In this document: positions 46,467 through 56,408 of the stretch, one piece after another
Numbering within the stretch: position 1 is the stretch's first letter
How the letters are laid out: the number at the start of each line of letters is the position of its first letter
Virus record (IMG/VR): IMGVR_UViG_3300019458_000020
Span: 76,152-140,151 of that record
From: a virus
DNA length: 64,000 nucleotides
Strand: one strand, 5' to 3'
Notes under the pieces: model-generated
What the model was told of the DNA's origin: nothing
What the model saw: the letters and a program-made list of their open reading frames with translations, nothing else
Database searches by the model: none
Position numbers and translations under genes: made by a program

Positions 46467-49193
46467 TTAGAAATCTATTTTCACAATAAAATTAATTGGA
46501 AAATCAGGAGTTAGTTTAATTGGGGAACCCAATTTAGCAATGGCAACAAGTTCCGAGTCTTGGTATAATCCAATAGATGTTACGTATGGTGCCAAATATG
46601 ACCCGGTAGGGTCGGTTTTAGATAAAGTCTTATAATCCAAGAAGTTGGATTTTATCATTTTCGGTTCGGTAATTTTGGTTCTTTCATCAATGAAATCCAA
46701 AATTTCATTCAAAAACTTCTTACTAGAGTTTGGAGTAATGTAAGTTTCATAATTCTTTTGAGTCAGTCTCTTAGAGAAATATTTCCACATGATACTCATG
46801 TCATTTCTATCGATTTTATTATCTTGGTTAAAATCCAAATCATCAAAGAAGTTATTGTTTATCATTGAAAAGCTCTGAGAAAAAAGAAATGCAGTATCTT
46901 GATAGCTCGATGAATAAAAGTTATATAAACTCTCTTCGTCCGGTATCACCAATTCCGTGTTTGGATCTCTTAATAATGATGCTGACCAGTTCGTATCAAT
47001 TACATCATCATTTTCCGTCGATTTATATCTCATATATCTCAATAAAACGTCGGCATCTTGAAAATCAAATATTCCATTTTTATTAATATCAAATGAAGAC
47101 GTTATAAATTCTATAGCCGTTGGGTTGGTGCTTACATTGAATTCTCCTGGTTCTACAGGACAAATGATTTGTTTTTCATAAAGAGTTTGTTTCGATTTAA
47201 AATTGATAGTATATTGATATTCTTCTCCTGGTACATTACTTAGTAATAATCCATCGAATGCAGAACCAGAAGTCATTACAACTATTTTACCATTTCTATA
47301 AAATACATTCCCTACATAAAATCTGTCTTTTAAATTAGCAAGGTTATAGATATATGCTTTTCCAGAAAAATCTCCTATGTCGCTTAAACTTCCAGTAAAA
47401 CTTCCTGACCCAGCACTCATATCCACAGACCGGTCTGAACCCGAAATTGGCATCGGTGCTCCTACAACGACGAAACTTTCACAAACACTAACATCAAATC
47501 CATAACTTCTATATGGATTCAAAAATCGTTTCTTAACTTGATATACATTTCTTAAATCCCAATCTATCGATTCGGTATTCTTTTGAAATAAGATGAACTG
47601 TCCATTAATATCACTTTCTTCGTCGTCTCCACAATAATGCTGTTGAAATAAGGAACCACGAAGATAACACAAAGACATTCCATTCAAATTCGCTTTAGGA
47701 CAGCCGATAGCCACATAATTACCCCACACATCAACCGACCATCCAAGTTTGTTATCTTTTAAAGTCTTTTCATTTCCATAAGTTTTTTCTACGAGATAAT
47801 ATCCTTTTGCTCTATCAGGACAACGTTCAAATATGTATCCAGCACCTTGTCTATATGCTTCGGAACCAGAATATTCAAAAATTACTCTATCTGTAGGCGC
47901 ACCAACTACAGCAGTGTCTCCCCAAATACTAACGGAATATCCAAATGAATCAGTTCGAGAACTTGTATAGGATGCAGAAACTTGAGGATATACAGTGTCA
48001 AAATTTAATTGATATAGATTCAAGTCAGGATACAAAGTATATTTTAATTCCCAACCAGAACCAGTTGTATATTCATAAACAAATGCTAATGATGCACTAG
48101 GTTTGAGTGAACCTATTATCATACTTCCAGTAAATGAACCTGTGGCCTTATTTAATTCAATAGAATGACCAAAGTAATCACGAGTACCTATTCCCAATAC
48201 AGAACTTCCACTAATAACTTGCTGTAACGACCAACTAGCATCATTACCGAATGGTCCTCCACTCTTCTTATACATGTAAACGGCGCCAAACTGATTAAGT
48301 TCGTAAATTGAGCCGATGGCTAACCACTCATCGTTTATAGATACCGAATATCCGAATGAACCTGTTAATGTTGGATTTGGATTTTGTATTGTTACCAAAT
48401 ATGGATTGGTAGAAACTATTCCACTTACTCTAATATTCGGAGCAACATTTGAGTCGGTATTAAGAGATGCCGTAACTATATATCCGATAGTAGTAGAATC
48501 AGAGGTTATAGTGAACACCACATTTCCACCATCACTGGTAACAGGAGTAATTTGCAATTTCTGATATGGATTGGATGATGTAATAAATCTACCTTCCAAT
48601 AAAGCGAATCCAAATCCTTGTCCTCCGGGAACAAATGCGGTAATATTTGCTACAGTGGCCGAAGACGTTGTTACGGAAGTTATGAATGGATTAGAAGTGA
48701 CAGCAAATGGGTCAAGATTTAATTTAGCTAAATCAAATAAGCTCACTTCTCCTGAACCACTAAATACAAACGATGCCGTGTCAATCAAAATTTCACTTCT
48801 AAAGTATCTATTTCCTACTGCTAACAAATTTCTATTTAAATCAATTGCATGACCATAATCATCTTCTGATGCAGTGAAATATGTTCCGGGGTCGATAATA
48901 ATATCTAAATCGGATGTAAGAGGAACCGTTCCGGTTAATTCGGTATGAAGAATTTGGTCGGTTTCCGTGGTCAACCAAACAAATTCTGCAGCAGAAATAG
49001 GTCTATAAATCGTTGTTTTTAAATCGTGACTATCTCTATTAAGATTATATCTAAAAACTTCCAAAGAGCCTGTTTGAGATAAACTTGCTGAGGCTGCTAA
49101 CCATCGAACGGTTGCCGGATTTCCTACCACAGCCCATCGGTCGTAACATGTAACGGTCGAACCGTATCCTTCATTATGTATGTTCGATATCAT
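46467..49193 (-). CDS. Baseplate/tail protein with FG-GAP-like propeller repeats and dockerin-like Ca2+ loops
   Basis: Repeated FGYSVSI...VVGAP blades; DINKNGIFDFQD and DFNQDNKIDRND; C-terminal TSIGLY...LVAIAKL...KIDF shared with 53631-54791. Confidence 0.75.
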   Translation of the reverse strand: MISNIHNEGYGSTVTCYDRWAVVGNPATVRWLAASASLSQTGSLEVFRYNLNRDSHDLKTTIYRPISAAEFVWLTTETDQILHTELTGTVPLTSDLDIIIDPGTYFTASEDDYGHAIDLNRNLLAVGNRYFRSEILIDTASFVFSGSGEVSLFDLAKLNLDPFAVTSNPFITSVTTSSATVANITAFVPGGQGFGFALLEGRFITSSNPYQKLQITPVTSDGGNVVFTITSDSTTIGYIVTASLNTDSNVAPNIRVSGIVSTNPYLVTIQNPNPTLTGSFGYSVSINDEWLAIGSIYELNQFGAVYMYKKSGGPFGNDASWSLQQVISGSSVLGIGTRDYFGHSIELNKATGSFTGSMIIGSLKPSASLAFVYEYTTGSGWELKYTLYPDLNLYQLNFDTVYPQVSASYTSSRTDSFGYSVSIWGDTAVVGAPTDRVIFEYSGSEAYRQGAGYIFERCPDRAKGYYLVEKTYGNEKTLKDNKLGWSVDVWGNYVAIGCPKANLNGMSLCYLRGSLFQQHYCGDDEESDINGQFILFQKNTESIDWDLRNVYQVKKRFLNPYRSYGFDVSVCESFVVVGAPMPISGSDRSVDMSAGSGSFTGSLSDIGDFSGKAYIYNLANLKDRFYVGNVFYRNGKIVVMTSGSAFDGLLLSNVPGEEYQYTINFKSKQTLYEKQIICPVEPGEFNVSTNPTAIEFITSSFDINKNGIFDFQDADVLLRYMRYKSTENDDVIDTNWSASLLRDPNTELVIPDEESLYNFYSSSYQDTAFLFSQSFSMINNNFFDDLDFNQDNKIDRNDMSIMWKYFSKRLTQKNYETYITPNSSKKFLNEILDFIDERTKITEPKMIKSNFLDYKTLSKTDPTGSYLAPYVTSIGLYQDSELVAIAKLGSPIKLTPDFPINFIVKIDF

Positions 49194-49251
49194 TCTATAA
49201 AATAAGTAGTATTTTTATTGGTTTGTTGGTTGTTATAATTGATATTCGTGG

Positions 49252-50646
49252 TTAATTTTCGTCTTCCCATAACACAGTCCAGCCACGGCCTTGAAGAGTT
49301 GCAATATTGGCTAAATCTTGTGCTGTCTCATTTTGGTCAAATGGTGTCAATTGACCACGTACTACCACCAATCCGTTATTTACTCCATTATCTACCAATT
49401 GTTGTAAAATATCTCCTACATCCGTTGGACTAAAATTGTCAAATTCAATACTTATTTCATTAATTAATGGAGGTAATAATAGTGGACCGGTCAATCCACT
49501 GTTATTATTTAATGATAATACTAATAAATTAGTTAAGGTATGAACATCTGTAATAGAAGTAATTCCTTGGGATACTAGACTTACTGATGTCACACTTTCT
49601 GAATCAGTAGCATTTGCATAAAAATAATCCAAATCTCCAGAAAAGGGCCCAGCCACACCTTCAAACCACGTTATTATACCAGAGTCCGGTTCATAAGCAA
49701 AAGTAAAATTGCCTGGTTCGCTCGGAGTAAAATCAATAGATTGACTTGCATAAGCAGAAATACCAAAAGTATTAAATGCATATACACGATAAAAATTGAT
49801 AGTTTGTTCCGGCGTTGTATCAATATAAGTTCCAGTAGAACCACTGGGTCGAAGAGATAATAATTGATAATTTGTTTGATCTCCGATGCTTCGTTGAACG
49901 CCAAAGCCTTCTAATCTAATTCCTGGGCCTGAAGGCATATATGACCAAGATAAGATGGCACTACCAGAAGAAACACTCAAACTGATTGGGGCATCTGGAA
50001 CAGAAAAGTTAAAATAATTTGCACAAGTATTTATACTGCCAGAAACAAATTCGTTAGTGAAATCCCCAACTTCCTGTTGTTTAGAAAACAAATCACTACC
50101 TGCAAAAAGATTATTATGTCCATCGTCAAATATGGCATAAGAATTATCCAAAGAATTATCCACTAATTCTACTGTTGTTTCTTGTAATTTTTCTCCAAAT
50201 ACTCTAGTCGGAATATGAAATACTTTTATTTTATCTGCCAAAAATTTACTGGTCATAGATTTAGGAAAATCTATATTTTCTAATCCATAAATTTTTGTTG
50301 GGTCAGAATAATGATTATAAAACATTAATTTTGTTTGACTGTAAATTACCCTTTTAAATGTTCCATCGGGATTCATAGGTTCTAAATCAGGATAGAAAAT
50401 TCCTTTTCTATCTAAACCTTCTTGAATAACTGCTCGATCATTCGTTTGTTGTTCGAGAGCAATTAAGCAATCAGTATTTATTATTGGCAATCCACTACCA
50501 TCTCCATAATCTGCATATTCTAATATAACTCCTTCATCCGCCTCAGTTAAGAGTAAATCATCGTTTTCTACGTTAGATAACGTTCTATCTTTGAACGTCA
50601 AAAACGGAGAAACGTATGTATTACTTTTCTTTAGCGATTTTAACAT
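49252..50646 (-). CDS. Virion protein: conserved N-domain + FN3-like + short LRR-like region
   Basis: N-terminal ~215 aa paralogous to 51752-52741; YRVYAFNTFG.S; LTNLLVLSLNNN. Confidence 0.65.
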   Translation of the reverse strand: MLKSLKKSNTYVSPFLTFKDRTLSNVENDDLLLTEADEGVILEYADYGDGSGLPIINTDCLIALEQQTNDRAVIQEGLDRKGIFYPDLEPMNPDGTFKRVIYSQTKLMFYNHYSDPTKIYGLENIDFPKSMTSKFLADKIKVFHIPTRVFGEKLQETTVELVDNSLDNSYAIFDDGHNNLFAGSDLFSKQQEVGDFTNEFVSGSINTCANYFNFSVPDAPISLSVSSGSAILSWSYMPSGPGIRLEGFGVQRSIGDQTNYQLLSLRPSGSTGTYIDTTPEQTINFYRVYAFNTFGISAYASQSIDFTPSEPGNFTFAYEPDSGIITWFEGVAGPFSGDLDYFYANATDSESVTSVSLVSQGITSITDVHTLTNLLVLSLNNNSGLTGPLLLPPLINEISIEFDNFSPTDVGDILQQLVDNGVNNGLVVVRGQLTPFDQNETAQDLANIATLQGRGWTVLWEDEN

Positions 50647-50649
50647 AGT

Positions 50650-51747
50650 TTAATAAATTTTTCTAACGGCGAACGCGGCTAATTCTAGGGAAGAAGAATG
50701 TTGCCAGGAAAAATTAAATGTATCCAATTTACCATTCGATTGCTCAAAAGCAAATTGAGTCATTTGTGTTACGCCTCCTGCTCCGGATGGATTTATTATT
50801 CCTACAGAAAATCCACCTAATGTGGCTCCGGTTGGATTATCACCAACGGCATCCAATATTTGTGATTTTGCCATACTATATTCAACGCTTCCGGTATCAG
50901 ACATTCTGAAAGATTGATTATAATTGACACTGGCCGAATCATTAACATATAATACTCTAGCCATTTCAATCATTAATAATGAATAGAATCCAAGTCCCTG
51001 ATTTCCAACTAAGGTTGATGCTGCCAATTTATTTCCAGCCGTCCCAGCTCCACTCCCTCTATCTGTAACAGTAGTTCCTCGTTTTGTACAAAAACGTGGA
51101 GCAGGATTAATATTGTAATTACCTGACCCACTTGGATTCGTTGCACTTCCAGAAGCAAAACTTCCAGATGACCATGTTGCAGTATTTGGTGACGCACCGT
51201 TATCACCCCATTGCCATCCGAAAAAGTTATCACAAGTTGCACTAGCAACCATATTGGTTGTTCCTGAACAAATTCCAATTTTACCATCGACCGTCATTTG
51301 AGATGCGGTATTATTAACTCTCATCATGACACCTATGATTAATCGATTCCATGCATCACCAAAAGGCAACCGGCGGCCAAATTGGGCACCATTCGACAAA
51401 GCAAGACATTTACCAATATTTTGTCCTCTATCAAAACTTCTAGTAATAATACTTGAGCCGGTAGAACATACTCCGACCGAAGTCCAACCGAATCCTCCAT
51501 TCAAAGAAGTTATGGTTCCCATAGGATAAGATTCAAAATCATCCCACGCCCATCCCTTATTATATTTTCTAAATAATTCCGAAGCAAAACTCGCTGTAGA
51601 GGATACTAAACTAGCAGTTACGGCCACCCTACTTGCACTAGTATCCAAAAGTATCATATCAAAATTGATTATCGCAGAACCAGACCGTAAGGAATTTCCT
51701 GTTCCGTCATCGCCGGTTGAACCTGAATTTATTAGTAGAACATTCAT
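50650..51747 (-). CDS. Virion protein with T4 gp9/gp10-like N-terminal motif
   Basis: Start MNVLLINSG at 51747; IN.G...DDGTG.SLR....IN motif. Confidence 0.6.
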   Translation of the reverse strand: MNVLLINSGSTGDDGTGNSLRSGSAIINFDMILLDTSASRVAVTASLVSSTASFASELFRKYNKGWAWDDFESYPMGTITSLNGGFGWTSVGVCSTGSSIITRSFDRGQNIGKCLALSNGAQFGRRLPFGDAWNRLIIGVMMRVNNTASQMTVDGKIGICSGTTNMVASATCDNFFGWQWGDNGASPNTATWSSGSFASGSATNPSGSGNYNINPAPRFCTKRGTTVTDRGSGAGTAGNKLAASTLVGNQGLGFYSLLMIEMARVLYVNDSASVNYNQSFRMSDTGSVEYSMAKSQILDAVGDNPTGATLGGFSVGIINPSGAGGVTQMTQFAFEQSNGKLDTFNFSWQHSSSLELAAFAVRKIY

Positions 51748-51751
51748 AATT

Positions 51752-52741
51752 TTATATATTGTCGAAAGTGAAAACGGTGCTATCAAACGTTATAATGGTA
51801 CTATCAAACGTAGGATTTTGAGTTATTATAATACTAGCAGTATTACTATATGAAGATGTGCCGAATGTATTGAAAGCAGCAACTCTATACCAATAGGTAC
51901 TGCCTGTTACTACAGACGTGTCGTGAGAACCGGTAATGTTTGTACCAACAATAATATGTGGTATATATGTTGAACCAGAATCCACAGACCGTTCTATTAC
52001 GAAACCATCTTCATTAATTGATGTATCTACCCAAGTTATTAATACATCACTAATACTAACTTGAAATAGACTTAAACTTATTGGGGCAGAAGGAACAGAA
52101 AAATCAAAATAATTTGAACAGTTATTAATGCTTCCTGTAGCAAATTCGTTTGTAAACTCTCCTATTTCCTGAACCCTAGAAAAAATATTTGTTCCCGCAA
52201 AAAGATTATTGTGACCATCATCAACAATATCGTAATTGTTATCTATTGAGTTGTCAGTAATATGAACCGAATTTTCAAGAATCTTTTCTCCCAACACACG
52301 AGGAACCACATCAAAAATTCTCATTTTATCTGTGATGAATTTTATTGTCTTAGAATTAGGAAAATCGATATTTTCCATTCCCCATAATTGGGCGGGATTT
52401 TTATAATTATTATAGAATAGAGTCTTGATTTGAGAATAGACGACTCTTTTAAATGTCCCATCTTGATTTACTGGTTCATCATCAGGATAGAATATTCCGG
52501 TTCGTTTCTGACCCTCTCGAAATTTTAATTTATCATCCTCTTGTTGTTCAAGAGCAATCAAACATTCGGTATTCAGTTCTGGTAATCCACTTCCATTACC
52601 ATAATCTACATACTCCATTAAAATGCCTTCATCGGCTTCGGTCAAAACCAAGTCATCATTAATAACATTCGACAACTGCCAATCTTTGGTAGTTGTGAAC
52701 GGTACAGTATTTATCTGATACTTTTTAAGTGACTTAATCAT
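51752..52741 (-). CDS. Virion protein: conserved N-domain + FN3 + TFDST tail
   Basis: W.DTS.NEDGFVIERS...YWYRVAAFN.FG.S.YSN; ends TFDSTIITFDSTVFTFDN. Confidence 0.7.
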   Translation of the reverse strand: MIKSLKKYQINTVPFTTTKDWQLSNVINDDLVLTEADEGILMEYVDYGNGSGLPELNTECLIALEQQEDDKLKFREGQKRTGIFYPDDEPVNQDGTFKRVVYSQIKTLFYNNYKNPAQLWGMENIDFPNSKTIKFITDKMRIFDVVPRVLGEKILENSVHITDNSIDNNYDIVDDGHNNLFAGTNIFSRVQEIGEFTNEFATGSINNCSNYFDFSVPSAPISLSLFQVSISDVLITWVDTSINEDGFVIERSVDSGSTYIPHIIVGTNITGSHDTSVVTGSTYWYRVAAFNTFGTSSYSNTASIIITQNPTFDSTIITFDSTVFTFDNI

Positions 52742-52756
52742 CTTATAGAATAAATA

Positions 52757-53570
52757 TTACTCTGTTAGGGTATTTAAAATAATCATTGGGTCTTTCTTTA
52801 TATCCGATTCCCACAATCGTATAACTTTATAACCTTTCTTTTTTGCTATATCTTCTTTTAATTTGTCATTATCTTTTATTTCATTTACATATTTATAATA
52901 ATGTTTTTTCTTTGGATTACCGTGCCAATAATCTCCATCAACTTCAATAATAATTGGTTTGTTTTTGATTTTAAAATCATAAGATTTACAAACGCCGGTG
53001 TCATTTATAAAAAACTGAAAAAACATATTCTATTCCAGCAGAATCTAAAGCGTTTGCTACTATTTTTTCTAATTTATTCATTTTACGATGAGAAAATATT
53101 TTCTGTATTGTTTCTAGTGTATGAGTTTTTCCGTACATTGGGTTTTTATTACCCAACAAAGACCCATTTTTCTTTTTTGTTAGTATTGCCTTATCTTTTA
53201 CTTCTTTTTTATGCATAGGATTATTTTTTCCTTGAATAGATGGAACCTCTCTACCAAGATTAGAAATAGATATTTTTTGTTTTGTTTCTTCAGAAAGGGT
53301 TGTTCCATATCTGATAGAATTTTCTCCCGTCCACGTTTTTCTTAATTCCGTCAAACACTTTGTAGAACAAGTAGGTTGTTTATGTGACTTGGAATAAGAC
53401 CTACAAATATTTTCACACATTACACATTTTACCCAATTAAACTGTTCAAATTCTTTTAGATTTTCCTTTACATAATCTAAAAAATTAATAGAATGATGTG
53501 ATTTTAAATGAATCGAAATAACTTTTGGATGAATAGGGAAGTGACAATATTTACAAATGAGATGATTCAT
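52757..53570 (-). pseudogene. Homing-type endonuclease (Zn finger, NUMOD3, Vsr/DUF559-like) split by a 1-nt frameshift
   Basis: ORFs 53001-53570 and 52757-53026 join as GIEYVF|QFFIND...IEVDGDYWH if one T is removed from the T6 run at 53018-53023. Confidence 0.7.
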
Positions 53571-53630
53571 ATCTAATAAATATGAATCCACTATCTGAAC
53601 AAAATTCCTAAATCACCTATAATTAGTGTA

Positions 53631-54791
53631 TTAAAAGTCTATCCTGACCTTAATTAGAAGTTCATTAGAAAAATCTTTCAAAGCTGGACGACTCAACTTA
53701 GCCACAGCCACCAATTCGTTGTTTTCGTTGTAAAGACCTATGGATGTTATATATGTTCTTGGATCTGATATAAAATCCTCATTTCTTATTGTTCCCTTAG
53801 CATGAATATTATCTTCGGTTCCATCGAACACATAAGTTGGGTTATTTGAATAATTGAAATCTCGGTTCTTGACACGAACGAAATAGTGCCGAGCAGGAAC
53901 AAATTCCGTTTTTCTGACTTTGAAAAGTTGGCCGGAATTATTTAATGACCAGAAAAATGCCTCATGGTTGGCCGTCGTTTGAATGGTTTGGTTAGCAACT
54001 TGAATTGCAGCGATGCTTCCTGTATTGTAATTAGCAAAACATACACTCACACCACCATTAGAACCACTGATGTTATTTAATCCTACCAATTGATTAATCT
54101 TTGCAGCATTAAAGACAACTACGCCATCGGCTGGATAAAACAATCCTATACCTTGATATGAAGGTAAAACATCTGTTGGGTCATTAATAGAACCAGTAAT
54201 CAGATTATATACCGCAGATTGTTGAGTAAGGAATGGAGAATCGTCTCGGAAAGTAAAATTGCCGTTAGAACCTGTAAGAGATATTTCAAGAATACCTTCA
54301 TCAACTCTATCCTTCATCTTGTAAGATGAAAAGGATATTACAAAAATGTCATCGGCATTTACCGTTTCACTTGAACTTCCGGTTTTAAAGCTAAATTTAC
54401 CATCTGTATCTGCTGTTCCTAACAAAAGATTTTTGTATTGAGTATAGATAGTTTTCGTAGGAAATACCTTGATACTACCCGTATCCAAATTGAATGAACC
54501 ACTTCCTAAATTCCCATAAAAATGACCATAAGAAATAGAAAAATATGGATCATTGTTTGCTTTATAGGTGGTATCAGGAAAAACATCTACATAAAACATT
54601 GTTCTACGAACATCATAAATAGATGAACCGAACGAAGGTGATGGAGTAACAGATGATTGCGTCAGAGAAAAGAAATTATCGACAAGGCTGCTGGCACTCC
54701 AGTTGGTGAACCCACCTGGCCAAAACCCACTAGCAACTCTGTTCGTCTTGCCAGCAACAATATCTGTCGTTTCAAATGCTTTGAATATCAT
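53631..54791 (-). CDS. Baseplate/tail structural protein
   Basis: YFVR.KN.DFNYSNNPT and TYITSIGLYN...LVAVAKLS.P...VRIDF C-terminal domain. Confidence 0.7.
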   Translation of the reverse strand: MIFKAFETTDIVAGKTNRVASGFWPGGFTNWSASSLVDNFFSLTQSSVTPSPSFGSSIYDVRRTMFYVDVFPDTTYKANNDPYFSISYGHFYGNLGSGSFNLDTGSIKVFPTKTIYTQYKNLLLGTADTDGKFSFKTGSSSETVNADDIFVISFSSYKMKDRVDEGILEISLTGSNGNFTFRDDSPFLTQQSAVYNLITGSINDPTDVLPSYQGIGLFYPADGVVVFNAAKINQLVGLNNISGSNGGVSVCFANYNTGSIAAIQVANQTIQTTANHEAFFWSLNNSGQLFKVRKTEFVPARHYFVRVKNRDFNYSNNPTYVFDGTEDNIHAKGTIRNEDFISDPRTYITSIGLYNENNELVAVAKLSRPALKDFSNELLIKVRIDF

Positions 54792-54801
54792 AAACTATAC
54801 C

Positions 54802-55446
54802 TTATACCGTATTTGTAGGAACCACGACCGTCACTTCAATGCTGATGCTTCCTCCGCTTTCATTTCCAATAATAGTGAGTGTGGTGCTGGTCGTTTTTCC
54901 TAAGCTGCTGTTTGGTAAAAATCTAAATTTTCTACCTACCACTACTTGAGCGCTAGTCGTATTAATATCTCCTGCGAAAGTAGGAATCGTACTAGAAACC
55001 GAGTTAATAGAATTGGATTCTTCGACAACCAATACACCGACATTTTTATTTCCAAGAATTGCCGTATAACCCAAACTAAGGTTATATGCTGGATTGGTAC
55101 TAGGAGAAATAATAATGTCTCCCGTGAAGTCTCTGGAAACAGAAATTTTATCTTGAGCGATAGAAATAACCGGAATAGATGTTACACCTTGATTCAATGT
55201 AACCAGTTTGTATTTCATGACCTGCGTTTCGTCCGAAACGGGTTCGAAAACCGGAGTATTTCTGATAGCAATGTCATAAAATGCGCTACCGTTAGGATGA
55301 TTTGGTTGGTAAAGAGTGTAATCAATTTCATCGTCAGCCAATGCAAACGACGTGATGTTCAAATTTCCATTTTTTGCCAGCAATTCACGTCCTTTTTTGG
55401 TAAGAATTGCATCTACAGTGATGGTCTGGTTATCGATATAGCTCAT
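54802..55446 (-). CDS. Baseplate/tail structural protein
   Basis: VDAILTKKGRELLA...ITSFALADDEIDY N-terminus typical of tail-fibre/baseplate attachment domains. Confidence 0.7.
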   Translation of the reverse strand: MSYIDNQTITVDAILTKKGRELLAKNGNLNITSFALADDEIDYTLYQPNHPNGSAFYDIAIRNTPVFEPVSDETQVMKYKLVTLNQGVTSIPVISIAQDKISVSRDFTGDIIISPSTNPAYNLSLGYTAILGNKNVGVLVVEESNSINSVSSTIPTFAGDINTTSAQVVVGRKFRFLPNSSLGKTTSTTLTIIGNESGGSISIEVTVVVPTNTV

Positions 55447-55447
55447 G

Positions 55448-56224
55448 TTATTTCACTCCCATTTTTATTAGTAATCGGGCCATAGATGGTGGTGTCACGC
55501 CATACTTAAATGCCAATTTTCTCTGATTCATACTACCAGATAAATATAATGATTTTATATTTTCGTATTCACTCTTTGGTACTTTGCCTTTTTTATATCG
55601 TCCCTCAAGAATGGCATTTCTGACTCCTATACGTATTTTTTGTAGTTCCGATTCATCAAATTTTTTGGGGTTTAAGAGTTTGCCCTTAGAAATGTTTTGT
55701 CCATGTTCCTTTGGATAAATTCTACCATCGTTCATTTTTTGTGCTTTTACTATGCCAGTATAGACGAATTTGGGTCTATTTTTAAACTTTTTAATGGTTT
55801 CGGATGTATGTCTTCGACCCTTCCTATCAACGGACATTTGTATTTTCTGTTCTTCGGTCCAACGTGGAACGCCTTTTTGTGTATCAGAAATTTTCCGTTT
55901 AACTTCTTCGGACCTCTTTTCTCCTGGACTAACAGGACAAGTCGCCGAGGAACGAATGTTGTAACACTCTTCTTTTCCAACCCACATATCCAATTCTTTT
56001 TGTTCTTCGATTAAAAGTTTCGTCTCTTCACATAGTCTATAAATTTGAAACATGAAATTTTGTTCACCATAAAGATTCCACGCATTCTGTAAATGTGGGT
56101 TGACGTGTTGGTTTCTATTCAAATCAAAAACATGGGCATACCATCTACGAGAAAAGTCATTGGTAGAACCAATATAGAATTTTCCATTCAGTTTGTTAAT
56201 TATTTTATATAAGCCCTGGTTCAT
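55448..56224 (-). CDS. GIY-YIG homing endonuclease
   Basis: GLYKIIN...FYIGST, EQ, YNI, NUMOD3-like repeats, C-terminal HTH. Confidence 0.9.
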   Translation of the reverse strand: MNQGLYKIINKLNGKFYIGSTNDFSRRWYAHVFDLNRNQHVNPHLQNAWNLYGEQNFMFQIYRLCEETKLLIEEQKELDMWVGKEECYNIRSSATCPVSPGEKRSEEVKRKISDTQKGVPRWTEEQKIQMSVDRKGRRHTSETIKKFKNRPKFVYTGIVKAQKMNDGRIYPKEHGQNISKGKLLNPKKFDESELQKIRIGVRNAILEGRYKKGKVPKSEYENIKSLYLSGSMNQRKLAFKYGVTPPSMARLLIKMGVK

Positions 56225-56408
56225 TGTTAAGTATAAAATTTTTTCTTTCGAGTGTGAGTATAGTCTTCATATTCTCTTTTAATCTTAACTTATAAATTCC
56301 CGTTCGTGTTTGTGTGATTGTCATAATCATAAATTTCTCCCATACAAAATGCTGATTTACCGATATGTTCTCCAATTAATATTGTAACTGTTAAATCAGT
56401 GGGATTCA

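Noticed and set aside
55448..56224. Group I introns hosting the GIY-YIG genes
   Set aside because: Flanking genes look complete, and there is too little non-coding sequence around the endonucleases for a ribozyme core.
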